Origin: a phage
Length of the DNA stretch: 64,000 nucleotides
Sequence record: PZ445487.1
Direction: 5' to 3' (one strand)
In this document: positions 43,821-53,081 of the stretch, piece by piece
Layout: every line of letters starts with the position of its first letter
Position numbering within the stretch: position 1 is the first letter of the stretch
Notes under the pieces: model-generated
What the model was told of the DNA's origin: nothing
Seen by the model: the letters and a program-made list of their open reading frames with translations, nothing else
Databases searched by the model: none
Position numbers and translations under genes: made by a program

Positions 43821-45011
43821 ATGGCCGATTTCCTGAGTCAATATACAGGTCAGCAGATAGATCAGATATTGGGTTCTGTTGACGACAAAGTAAGTAAAAA
43901 CGACGTCATTGATGATTTTGAAGTCAGCGACTCATTGTTTCCACCGTCTGCTCGCCTGACATACGAGTTGAAAAGATCTGTTGACACAATCAATGATACT
44001 CTGGCCAACAAAGTTATTCGGACAGATAGTGGTGAACAAACAATCAATGGCAAAAAGACTTTCAATGCGTTGTTGGTGACCAATGGGGGCATACAAGTCC
44101 CTGCTGGAAAATCCGTTTCAATCACAGATGAACCAACGAACTCGACAGATGGTGTTAACCTGAGCATGTTGAGAAAGCATGGCGTCAGTGAAGACACAAC
44201 CCCGCCCGGTTCTGGTTTAGCTGGGGAGTTGTTGACATCCGGATATTACAAATTCAATTTGGATTTCACCAGATTGTCTGCGTATACCGGACCAACGTTG
44301 CCGACTTCAGTTCCAGTACAAACAGATTCTGGAGCGCATTATTGGACAATGACTGCATTTTTTGATGCGTTGTTTGCAGATAACCGATTTAATGGATATG
44401 TGACAACGACAGCGTATGATGCAGATATGCTGAGTTTAGAGTCCCAGATTAATAACATCAACACGTCGTTGAACGGGAAAGTCAACACCTCGACTTACAA
44501 CACTAAGATGGCGTCATTGGATTTGAGTATCTCCAATATCAATACGTCTCTGGGTAATAAAGTCGAGGTTAGCACGTACAACACGAAGATGACATCTCTG
44601 GATAACAGCATCAGTTCTCTTTCCAGTGATAAAGTTAGTGTATCAACGTATAATGCCAAGATGACCTCTATCGACAATAGTTTGGGGAACGCCGTTTATC
44701 GTACCAAAACGAATTTGTCGTCATACACGGTTTCGGCTTCTGGAACGACGGCTCTTCCAGATTTTGATTTGGTGAACCTTTGTCAAATACTGGTAACTGC
44801 GCAATGGGGGACAGGTAACGTTGTTGACACATATCGAGTAACCATAACTCGTGACGGAACGATCAAAACAGAGTTGTTGGTTCAGAAAAGTACGAGCGGT
44901 ACAGTGACGTTCACAGGGGCTGTGGTGGGTGGTAAATTGAGAATTTCCGTTGTTAATGCAAACACGACAACTGCTTGTTCTGTCGACTATTCTATTGCAG
45001 CTTCTTTCTAA
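43821..45011 (+). CDS. tail fibre protein with tandem 21-aa repeats
   Basis: AAGGAG RBS; repeats NINTSLNGKVNTSTYNTKMASLD / NINTSLGNKVEVSTYNTKMTSLD / KVSVSTYNAKMTSID. Confidence 0.7.
   Translation: MADFLSQYTGQQIDQILGSVDDKVSKNDVIDDFEVSDSLFPPSARLTYELKRSVDTINDTLANKVIRTDSGEQTINGKKTFNALLVTNGGIQVPAGKSVSITDEPTNSTDGVNLSMLRKHGVSEDTTPPGSGLAGELLTSGYYKFNLDFTRLSAYTGPTLPTSVPVQTDSGAHYWTMTAFFDALFADNRFNGYVTTTAYDADMLSLESQINNINTSLNGKVNTSTYNTKMASLDLSISNINTSLGNKVEVSTYNTKMTSLDNSISSLSSDKVSVSTYNAKMTSIDNSLGNAVYRTKTNLSSYTVSASGTTALPDFDLVNLCQILVTAQWGTGNVVDTYRVTITRDGTIKTELLVQKSTSGTVTFTGAVVGGKLRISVVNANTTTACSVDYSIAASF
44451..44690 (+). repeat. three tandem copies of an approximately 63-nt (21-codon) repeat inside the tail fibre gene
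   Basis: Seen directly in nucleotide and protein sequence. Confidence 0.6.
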
Positions 45012-45013
45012 AA

Positions 45014-45053
45014 CTAAATACCCCTAGATGACATGAATACATTTAGGGGTATT
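45014..45053 (+). promoter_or_regulatory. late promoter motif CTAAATACCCC overlapping a 9-bp hairpin (atacccctA...Taggggtat) upstream of TSP4
   Basis: Same architecture upstream of TSP3 and TSP2. Confidence 0.5.
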
Positions 45054-45057
45054 ACAA

Positions 45058-48000
45058 ATGGCCAACAAACCAACACAGCCTCTTTTCCCTTTGGGTTTAG
45101 AAACTTCTGAGTCTTCGAACATAAAAGGCTTCAACAACTCCGGCACTATTGAGCATTCCCCTGGTGCCGTAATGACATTTCCTGAAGATACTGAAGTTAC
45201 AGGTCTTCCATCTTCTGTGCGTTACAATCCTGATAGTGATGAATTTGAAGGTTATTACGAAAACGGTGGTTGGTTGTCTTTGGGGGGTGGTGGAATACGC
45301 TGGGAAACGCTCCCTCACGCTCCCTCTAGCAATTTGTTAGAAGGTCGTGGATATCTCATTAATAATACCACAGGGACATCTACAGTGGTTCTCCCTTCCC
45401 CTACGCGTATTGGGGATTCCGTTACTATTTGTGATGCTTATGGGAAATTTGCCACTTACCCATTGACCGTGTCTCCTTCTGGAAATAATTTGTATGGCTC
45501 CACTGAAGACATGGCTATAACAACTGATAACGTATCAGCAACGTTCACTTGGTCTGGACCTGAACAAGGTTGGGTTATTACATCCGGCGTCGGTCTTGGT
45601 CAAGGCCGTGTCTACAGTCGTGAAATCTTTACACAAATTTTGGCGTCTGAAACAAGTGCTGTCACTCTCAATACTCCACCAACAATTGTGGACGTGTATG
45701 CTGACGGAAAACGTCTTGCGGAATCCAAATATTCATTAGATGGGAATGTAATCACTTTCAGTCCTTCTTTGCCAGCCAGCACTGAATTGCAGGTAATAGA
45801 ATATACTCCTATTCAATTGGGTAATGGCGGTGGTTCTGGTTCTTCTACGATTACCTGGGTCTATAATGGGGGTTCAGCGATTGGCGGTGAAACCGAAATC
45901 ACGTTAGACATCGTTGTTGATGATGTTCCGGCCATTGATATAAACGGAAGTCGCCAGTATAAAAATCTGGGGTTCACATTCGATCCATTAACCAGTAAAA
46001 TCACTCTTGCGCAAGAACTGGATGCAGAGGATGAAGTTGTTGTAATTATCAATGGAACGCCAAACATCTATAATCAAATTGATTATACTTTGCGGGAAGT
46101 GGCTCGCGTAACCAATGTTAAAGATACAGAGGTCATTTATTTTAGTGTTGGTGCTGTGTTAAGCGGGTATAAAGTTATCTATGATAAAGTAACACAGAGA
46201 TCATATTTTATTCCAGAGCTACCGACTGGAACCACGGCAGTCAGCCTTAGTTCTTCGGCTATACTTGTGCATTCTGCTGGTAGTGTTGATCTGGGCGCAT
46301 TAGCTGTATCTCGTGAAGAATATGTTACATTGTCTGGGACATTTGATTCTGGTGCTGTCATCAATACTAAAAATGAATTACTCACCCATACTGATGGAAA
46401 GTATCGTTGGGATGGTACACTTCCTAAAACTGTAGCTGCTGGCTCAACTCCAGCAACAACTGGAGGTGTTGGTTCGGGAGCGTGGTTGAGTGTTGGTGAT
46501 GCATCTCTGAAAAGTAATTTAAATAAACCAAATGGCTTATCTTATATAGGAACCGTATCATCAGTTTCTGAATTATCATCAATAGCAGGATTAATTGGTG
46601 ATTCTATAATTCTTGATTCGTATGTTGACGGGTTTAATCTTGGTGGCGGTGTTATGGTGGCTGTTAACTCAGATACTGTGGTGGATAATATCGTTACTTT
46701 CCAAGGCAATGGTGTCGTTTGGAAAAGGAAATTATTCAACGGTGTGGCGGATGTGTACGAAGCTGGTTATACTGGAACCGGAGATTTGGCTATATTCATC
46801 AATAAAATAAATGCCGTCGGATTTGACTGTATAGTCCCTGTTTCTGGTGAGATAACAACACCGATTATTTTTGATATAGCAAAAGGTGCACTTATTGGAA
46901 AAAATAAATGTACTCTAATAGAATCTGCATCTGCAACGGGCGACTACTATCTAACCATCGTTAATACAGACACGGATTACACCAATAGAGATGTAATTAA
47001 CGCAACTGCGTTAATGACTGGAGTGTCATTTGTTGGAAAAGGGACCAGGAAATTGGCGATCGGTGGTTCTACCAGTGGAGAAGTCTCAGAGTTAAGAATA
47101 TCTAATTGCGGGTTTATCTCAACTGCTGGAATTGAGTTTCTTGATAATGCATATCGTATTCTTTTTGATAAATGTGCGTTGTCCAGAAGTTTTACAAATT
47201 CTGTTATTTTCAATTCACCAGCGAATTCCGGTGAAGTTATAAAATTTAATCATTGTTGGATGGTTGACAACGGTGGACCTTTTACATTCAAGAATGGACA
47301 ATTTATATTCGATAGCTGCTCTCTACCAGCAGGTAAAAAATCAGGATATTTTGACCCTGTTGTTGCGTTATCAGATAACGCAACAACAGTTTTCACAAAT
47401 GGCAACATTGAGTACCAACCTGGTCAGAGTTTCGTTGGGTTTACTGTAGATGGTAGTTCACGATTAAGCATCAGTGATTCGACAATACTGTTGCCGAATG
47501 ATTATTCTACAGTACCTATTGTAAACAACGGGGATGGGGTTGTTAGTCTAAATAATTGCTCGTTACCTCTCTATGGAAGCACAACGATTGCTACTGGGTT
47601 TGCCACACGGCAGTTGATAGGTGGGTTGAGTAAAAAAATAATGTCCAGAGGTTGCTATCCACGAGCAGGGTTTATAACAAGTAACTGGAATTTAGGGTGC
47701 ATTGTAAGCCCTTATATTAATAGTGTTAGTAATGGCTCAGGGCAGTTTGAAAATATATCTAACTGGACACTCTCACAAACTGGAACAGACGTTGTCACTG
47801 TTACTACAGGAAACGATGTTCCTAACGATTTAATGTTTTCAACTTCTTTTGTCTTATCCGTACCAACAGTGGGTGCAGCGGCTAATTTCACCCAGACAAT
47901 CATTGACTGTGAGCCTGGGCGTTATTTTCAACTTGGGTTTTGGGCTAAAAATACAACAACCACCCTGGCATCAATTAGATTCCTGGACCAGCAAGGAAAT

Positions 48001-48168
48001 GCTGTCGCGGATTCCATAGGATATAACATCCCAGTAGGAAACACGTTCAACTTTTATGCTTTGGTGGATTGCGTTCCGCCAGGAGCTTACAAAGCTGAAA
48101 TTAATTTCAATGTTTCCTCTATTGTTGGTGGTATCGCAATACACAATGTCATTTACGGATTGATATGA
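45058..48168 (+). CDS. tailspike protein TSP4-like (1036 aa)
   Basis: Size equals the 1036 aa I recall for CBA120 TSP4; long N-terminal extension plus shared module (VKDTEVIYF...AVSREEYVTL...GKYRWDG) and beta-helix-like C-terminus. Confidence 0.8.
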   Translation: MANKPTQPLFPLGLETSESSNIKGFNNSGTIEHSPGAVMTFPEDTEVTGLPSSVRYNPDSDEFEGYYENGGWLSLGGGGIRWETLPHAPSSNLLEGRGYLINNTTGTSTVVLPSPTRIGDSVTICDAYGKFATYPLTVSPSGNNLYGSTEDMAITTDNVSATFTWSGPEQGWVITSGVGLGQGRVYSREIFTQILASETSAVTLNTPPTIVDVYADGKRLAESKYSLDGNVITFSPSLPASTELQVIEYTPIQLGNGGGSGSSTITWVYNGGSAIGGETEITLDIVVDDVPAIDINGSRQYKNLGFTFDPLTSKITLAQELDAEDEVVVIINGTPNIYNQIDYTLREVARVTNVKDTEVIYFSVGAVLSGYKVIYDKVTQRSYFIPELPTGTTAVSLSSSAILVHSAGSVDLGALAVSREEYVTLSGTFDSGAVINTKNELLTHTDGKYRWDGTLPKTVAAGSTPATTGGVGSGAWLSVGDASLKSNLNKPNGLSYIGTVSSVSELSSIAGLIGDSIILDSYVDGFNLGGGVMVAVNSDTVVDNIVTFQGNGVVWKRKLFNGVADVYEAGYTGTGDLAIFINKINAVGFDCIVPVSGEITTPIIFDIAKGALIGKNKCTLIESASATGDYYLTIVNTDTDYTNRDVINATALMTGVSFVGKGTRKLAIGGSTSGEVSELRISNCGFISTAGIEFLDNAYRILFDKCALSRSFTNSVIFNSPANSGEVIKFNHCWMVDNGGPFTFKNGQFIFDSCSLPAGKKSGYFDPVVALSDNATTVFTNGNIEYQPGQSFVGFTVDGSSRLSISDSTILLPNDYSTVPIVNNGDGVVSLNNCSLPLYGSTTIATGFATRQLIGGLSKKIMSRGCYPRAGFITSNWNLGCIVSPYINSVSNGSGQFENISNWTLSQTGTDVVTVTTGNDVPNDLMFSTSFVLSVPTVGAAANFTQTIIDCEPGRYFQLGFWAKNTTTTLASIRFLDQQGNAVADSIGYNIPVGNTFNFYALVDCVPPGAYKAEINFNVSSIVGGIAIHNVIYGLI

Positions 48169-48179
48169 TTAACAACCAT

Positions 48180-48207
48180 CCCCCGCTTTTGGCGGGGGTC
48201 TTATTAT
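48180..48207 (+). terminator. rho-independent terminator (cccccgc-tttt-gcggggg plus T-rich)
   Basis: Directly after the TSP4 stop. Confidence 0.6.
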
Positions 48208-48264
48208 AAATTTTATTGGTTCTCAGACTAAATACCCCATATTGGTCATCCTTTATGGGGTATT
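48208..48264 (+). promoter_or_regulatory. 57-nt conserved element: late promoter CTAAATACCCC (48228..48238) plus hairpin ataccccat/atggggtat
   Basis: Nearly identical to 50202..50258. Confidence 0.5.
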
Positions 48265-48267
48265 AAC

Positions 48268-50151
48268 ATGATTTCTCAATTCAATCAACCACGCGGCTCC
48301 ACTTCCATAGAAGTTAACAAACAATCTATCGCTCGAAATTTCGGTGTCAAAGAAGACGAAGTCATTTATTTCACTGCTGGTATTGATCTCAGTGGATTTA
48401 AAGTAATTTATGATGAGTCTACCCAACGGGCTTATTCTCTCCCTTTCGGTATTGTTTCAGGGACAACTGCAATTAGTCTGGATGAAAGAGCTATCCTCAC
48501 TCATTCCGCTGGCTCTGTTGACCTTGGGGAATTAGCAGTAAGCCGCGAAGAATATGTGACTTTACCTGGTTCTTTTAATTTCGGCCATACCATTAATGTG
48601 AAAAATGAACTTCTTGTTCACGATGATAAAAAATATCGATGGGATGGTTCTTTGCCAAAGGTAGTTGCCGCTGGTTCTACTCCAGATAGTTCAGGTGGTG
48701 TTGGTTTAGGTGCATGGTTGAGTGTTGGTGACGCGGCATTGAGGGCTGAGTTAAATACAAAGGTCTCAGATGGAACCTTCCCTGCAACTATAAAATATAA
48801 ATATGGGTTGCCATCTGTTATTGATGGTGCTATATACAGAACTGTACAAGATAAGCTGGATGATTTTGTTTTTCTGGAAGACTTTGGAGGCAAGGATGAT
48901 GCTGGTAGTACCGACAATAGCATAGCGTTTCGGAAGGCTTTTGCTTCTGGTGCAAGAAAAATTAGGCTGCGTGGTTCTGGTGTTTATGGTATGGCGACCA
49001 GAGATATTGAGCTTCCAGCAAAATATGAAATTATCGGCAATGCAAAAAATCCAGAAATCAAATATTTAGGCACAGATACATCATTCACTATGTTCACCCT
49101 CACTGGTAGTGGGCCTGCTTCTAACCAGTGGAAACAGGGTGGCATGTTCCGTGATTTAATCATTTCTTCTGATGTGAAGATCAACTGGATGCTAGGCCGA
49201 CATGTACAGAACTTGGATTATGATCGTGTATTCTTCTACAACTCAGCTACTGTGCTGAACAACTATCACTATGTGAACTTTACTCGATGCGAGCGTTGGG
49301 GTAGTGCCTTCATTGGTCGTGCTGATTTGAACACAATACAGTTCATTAGTGAGTCACCTAAGTTCCACTTGTGCTTTAGCTCTGGTTCACCAATTGATGT
49401 GTGGGACACAGCAGACTTGGCAATCACCAAGTGTACTATGTTCGCAGGTGATTATGCAGTTCGTACCCGTGTAACACAGAAACAGGTAACAGCACCAGAC
49501 TTGTTCGCAGGATACCCTGTGCTCATCACGTGTAGTGTGTTCGATGCGGTACGTGGCCATGCTTGGGATTTGGAGGGTTCGGTCTACTCTACCATCACTG
49601 GCAACCTTGTGAGTGCTGGACGTGATACAAACAGTCACGGTGCATACATCAAGGGCGGGCGTAGTTTGTCACTTACTGGCAATGTGTTCACTTACTGTGG
49701 TAACTATGGATTGGTCCTCGAAGATGTACAGCAGTCTGGTTTCGTTGGTAATGTCTTCAACGGTAATAAGACAGGCGGTCTAGGAACCCTCGCCTGCAAA
49801 GACCTCAGCATTGTTGGTGGTAGTATGGGTACAACCTATGTACGTGGTGGGTACTACACTCAGCCTGTAGGTTATTCTGATATATCAAGTAACTCAACTG
49901 GCATTTTACTTAGTGGTGTTGCTTTCGATGAAGCCTTAACTACTAAGGTCTACTTGGACACTAGCATCACTACAAGGAACAAAGTTATTAACTGCTCAGG
50001 TGTTCCTGATACAATAGCTCGTGGTAGTACAGCCAATAGACCTGCCAATCCACAGGCAAGTTATCAATATTATGATACTACTTTAGGCATTCCTATCTGG
50101 TGGAACTCAGTTAGCGGCACATGGAAAAACGCGGCTGGAGCTGATGTTTGA
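48268..50151 (+). CDS. tailspike protein TSP3-like (627 aa)
   Basis: Size equals the 627 aa I recall for CBA120 TSP3; shared N-terminal module; beta-helix-like C-terminus. Confidence 0.8.
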   Translation: MISQFNQPRGSTSIEVNKQSIARNFGVKEDEVIYFTAGIDLSGFKVIYDESTQRAYSLPFGIVSGTTAISLDERAILTHSAGSVDLGELAVSREEYVTLPGSFNFGHTINVKNELLVHDDKKYRWDGSLPKVVAAGSTPDSSGGVGLGAWLSVGDAALRAELNTKVSDGTFPATIKYKYGLPSVIDGAIYRTVQDKLDDFVFLEDFGGKDDAGSTDNSIAFRKAFASGARKIRLRGSGVYGMATRDIELPAKYEIIGNAKNPEIKYLGTDTSFTMFTLTGSGPASNQWKQGGMFRDLIISSDVKINWMLGRHVQNLDYDRVFFYNSATVLNNYHYVNFTRCERWGSAFIGRADLNTIQFISESPKFHLCFSSGSPIDVWDTADLAITKCTMFAGDYAVRTRVTQKQVTAPDLFAGYPVLITCSVFDAVRGHAWDLEGSVYSTITGNLVSAGRDTNSHGAYIKGGRSLSLTGNVFTYCGNYGLVLEDVQQSGFVGNVFNGNKTGGLGTLACKDLSIVGGSMGTTYVRGGYYTQPVGYSDISSNSTGILLSGVAFDEALTTKVYLDTSITTRNKVINCSGVPDTIARGSTANRPANPQASYQYYDTTLGIPIWWNSVSGTWKNAAGADV

Positions 50152-50162
50152 TTGTGATTAAT

Positions 50163-50190
50163 AACTCCGCTTCAGCGGGGTTATTATTAT
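50163..50190 (+). terminator. terminator-like hairpin (ctccgc-ttca-gcgggg) plus TTATTATTAT
   Basis: Directly after the TSP3 stop. Confidence 0.5.
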
Positions 50191-50201
50191 GCCTTTGTTC
50201 A

Positions 50202-50258
50202 TAAATTTTATTAGTTCAGACTAAATACCCCATATTGGCAAATCCTTTATGGGGTATT
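50202..50258 (+). promoter_or_regulatory. 57-nt conserved element: late promoter CTAAATACCCC (50221..50231) plus hairpin
   Basis: Paralogue of 48208..48264. Confidence 0.5.
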
Positions 50259-50263
50259 TTCAA

Positions 50264-53029
50264 ATGACTAGAAATGTAGAAGAATTATTCGGCGGTGTAA
50301 TCACAGCTCCCCACCAGATTCCTTTCACGTATAAATCAAATGTCGGTGGAGAAACTTTCCTTTCCTTGCCGTTCTATCCTGTCACTGGCGTAGTCACAAT
50401 CAACGGTGGTATGCAAGTTCCGTTAGACAACTTTGAAATCGAAGGAAATACATTGAATCTCGGACGCGCATTGTCCAAAGGCGATGTTGTGTATTGCTTA
50501 TTCGATAAAATTCTTTCGCCAGAAGATACAGCCAAAGGTATCCGCATATACAAATTTCAGGCCGTAGGAGGTGAAACCGAGTTCACTCCTGATTTCACAT
50601 CTTATGGAGTCCAATCTCTTTATATCGGTGGCGAGTACAAAACACCCGAAATTGAATATTCCTATGACAGCACGACAGGAAAAGTATCTTTGCAAACTGC
50701 ACTGTCTGCAGGCGTTTGGGTAGTCGCTGAAATGTCTGTTAAACAACCGAATATCAGTCCGGCGTTTGACCGAAGTATTCAAGAAATCGCCCGTTCTGCT
50801 AATGTGAAAGACTCTGAAGTCATCGTTAGTACGGACACCATATCTTTGTTGGATGGGAAGAAAGTTGTTTATGATATAGCGACGCAAACCAGTTATGGTT
50901 TACCAACCATTCCTGATGGTTCTGTCATTTCTTCTGTATCTGCTGGGAAATTGAATTACAACCCAGGTGATGTGCAGGTTGATTTGTTGCCTTTAGAAGA
51001 TTCATTTATTAACGTGATAAACACTCTGGGGCGCAATGATGGTGCCAAGTATATTGGAGAATGCCATTCTGTTGCTGATCTCAGGAATACTGAACCCACT
51101 ATGGATGGACAACGCATTATTCTTAAGCAACACACTGCGGGTACTCTTCTTGGTGGAGGGGTATTCCGTGCGTTAATTGATGGTACAGGAAAGACTGATA
51201 ATAACGGTACTGTGATCAAAACTGTTGGCGGCGCAGCATGGTTACGTGTTAATGCTGATAGAGTTAACCCATTCATGTTTGGTGCTTTGGGTGGTTCTAA
51301 TGATGATACTATTCCAGTACAATCTTGTGTGGATAGTGGTAAGGCCACACAATTAACTGATGCACATTACGTTAGCAATATCCAGTTAAAATATAATACG
51401 TCGTCTATTTATGGGTCTGGATTACATTACTCAAGGTTGCATCAGTTGCCTTCTGCTACTGGGAATTGTATTACCATAAAAGATACATGCTCCCTTATTG
51501 TATTAGACGCCTTTGGGGTATATGGCACAGGTGCACAACAAGGCACGTCATTTACTGCGGGTACAACAGGTATCTATGTAGAAACTCCTTCAGGTCTCTC
51601 AGCCGATTATCCGTTCCACACTACCGCAGACCCAAGACGCGACTTGTGTATTTCTAAAGTCCATATAGCAGGTTTTGATGAATATGGGTTAAATATTGAT
51701 AGTGGTAACTTTAGTGTTACTACAGATTCTCTTTTAGTCAACCACATCAATCAGGTGGGTGTCCGTTGTGCTACTACTGATTGGACTTGGACAAATATCC
51801 AGGTTAATACCTGCGGTAAACAATGTCTAGTTCTTGATGGTTGTGGTAATGGTCGTATTATTGGCGGTAAATTCATTTGGGCTAACTGGCAACCTTATGG
51901 TACAGTAGGACAGTTTCCAGGCATTACTATTAATAACAGCCAGAATATGGTTATTAATGGTATTGAGGTACAAGATTGTGGCGGGAATGGTATTGAGATT
52001 AGCGAGTCATATTCAATTTCCATGAACGGATTGAACACCAATCGTAACGGCATCAATGCTAACAACACTTTCTACAACATCGTATTTAACAAAAGTGATG
52101 CAGTTATCAACGGATTCGTAGGACTCAATTATGCCGCGAATAGTGGTTCAGGTGCTAACTCTAGTGCAGGCAATTTTCAGTTCCTGTCTAATGATTGTAG
52201 TGTCACCATTAATGGTGTGGTTGAGACTGGTTATATGGGCATTAACTTTATTGGTGATAACAATATTATCAACCCCACCAATTCCGACCTGAGCATTAAC
52301 GGATTGGTTAATTATTCCAAGACTGGTTTGCAAACCATGAACGAGACCCCTACATTTGATGGTGTTAGCACTACACCTGTTTATGTAAGTGTCCCATCTT
52401 CTGTGGGGCAAGTAAATGGTCTGAGACTATCACAAGCCAACAAAGATAAATTACTGTACTCAAGAACAGCAGGTCCAGAAGGTATTACCATGGCTGCTGT
52501 TATAGTACCTACCATATCTGGAGCTGAAGTATTTAACTTCATGGCCATTGGTTCAGGGTTTAGTGATACATCCAACAGTCTTCATCTTCAATTAGTTATA
52601 GACGCTTCTGGAAAACAAACAATTGCTTTGCTATTGGGGGGCGATGGTACAACCCAAATTTTATCTGGGGATTTACCTAACGACCTTAAACTACAAAGTG
52701 GTGTGCCATATCATATAGCTATTGGTGCTAAACCTGGATATTTCTGGTGGAGTATTCTTAATATTCAGACGGGTAAGAGAATCAGACGGTCATTCCGAGG
52801 CGCTTATTTAGCCGTACCATTTAATTCTATATTCGGATTAACTTCCTCATTAACATTCTTCTCGGATAGCAATGCTGGTGGGGATGCTTGTTCTGGGGTG
52901 GGCGCTAAAGTGTATGTTGGTATGTTCTCTTCTGAGAACGATTATGTAGCTTCACGATACTACAACCTGATTAATCCTGTAGACCCTACTAAGTTAATTA
53001 GTTACCGTATATTGGATTCTTCTATTTAA
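50264..53029 (+). CDS. tailspike protein TSP2-like (921 aa)
   Basis: Start at the second ATG (50264, MTRNVEELFGG) gives 921 aa, matching the size I recall for CBA120 TSP2; ORF-track start 50249 lies inside the promoter hairpin. Confidence 0.8.
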   Translation: MTRNVEELFGGVITAPHQIPFTYKSNVGGETFLSLPFYPVTGVVTINGGMQVPLDNFEIEGNTLNLGRALSKGDVVYCLFDKILSPEDTAKGIRIYKFQAVGGETEFTPDFTSYGVQSLYIGGEYKTPEIEYSYDSTTGKVSLQTALSAGVWVVAEMSVKQPNISPAFDRSIQEIARSANVKDSEVIVSTDTISLLDGKKVVYDIATQTSYGLPTIPDGSVISSVSAGKLNYNPGDVQVDLLPLEDSFINVINTLGRNDGAKYIGECHSVADLRNTEPTMDGQRIILKQHTAGTLLGGGVFRALIDGTGKTDNNGTVIKTVGGAAWLRVNADRVNPFMFGALGGSNDDTIPVQSCVDSGKATQLTDAHYVSNIQLKYNTSSIYGSGLHYSRLHQLPSATGNCITIKDTCSLIVLDAFGVYGTGAQQGTSFTAGTTGIYVETPSGLSADYPFHTTADPRRDLCISKVHIAGFDEYGLNIDSGNFSVTTDSLLVNHINQVGVRCATTDWTWTNIQVNTCGKQCLVLDGCGNGRIIGGKFIWANWQPYGTVGQFPGITINNSQNMVINGIEVQDCGGNGIEISESYSISMNGLNTNRNGINANNTFYNIVFNKSDAVINGFVGLNYAANSGSGANSSAGNFQFLSNDCSVTINGVVETGYMGINFIGDNNIINPTNSDLSINGLVNYSKTGLQTMNETPTFDGVSTTPVYVSVPSSVGQVNGLRLSQANKDKLLYSRTAGPEGITMAAVIVPTISGAEVFNFMAIGSGFSDTSNSLHLQLVIDASGKQTIALLLGGDGTTQILSGDLPNDLKLQSGVPYHIAIGAKPGYFWWSILNIQTGKRIRRSFRGAYLAVPFNSIFGLTSSLTFFSDSNAGGDACSGVGAKVYVGMFSSENDYVASRYYNLINPVDPTKLISYRILDSSI

Positions 53030-53036
53030 AAAATAT

Positions 53037-53062
53037 ACCCCTCTTCGGAGGGGTCTTTACTA
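53037..53062 (+). terminator. rho-independent terminator (acccctc-ttcg-gaggggt plus T-rich)
   Basis: Directly after the TSP2 stop. Confidence 0.55.
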
Positions 53063-53081
53063 GAAAAACAATGAGGTACTT

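Noticed and set aside
50249-50263. ORF-track start of TSP2 (MGYFQ...)
   Set aside because: That ATG lies inside the conserved promoter hairpin; the second ATG at 50264 gives a 921-aa product matching the expected TSP2 size.
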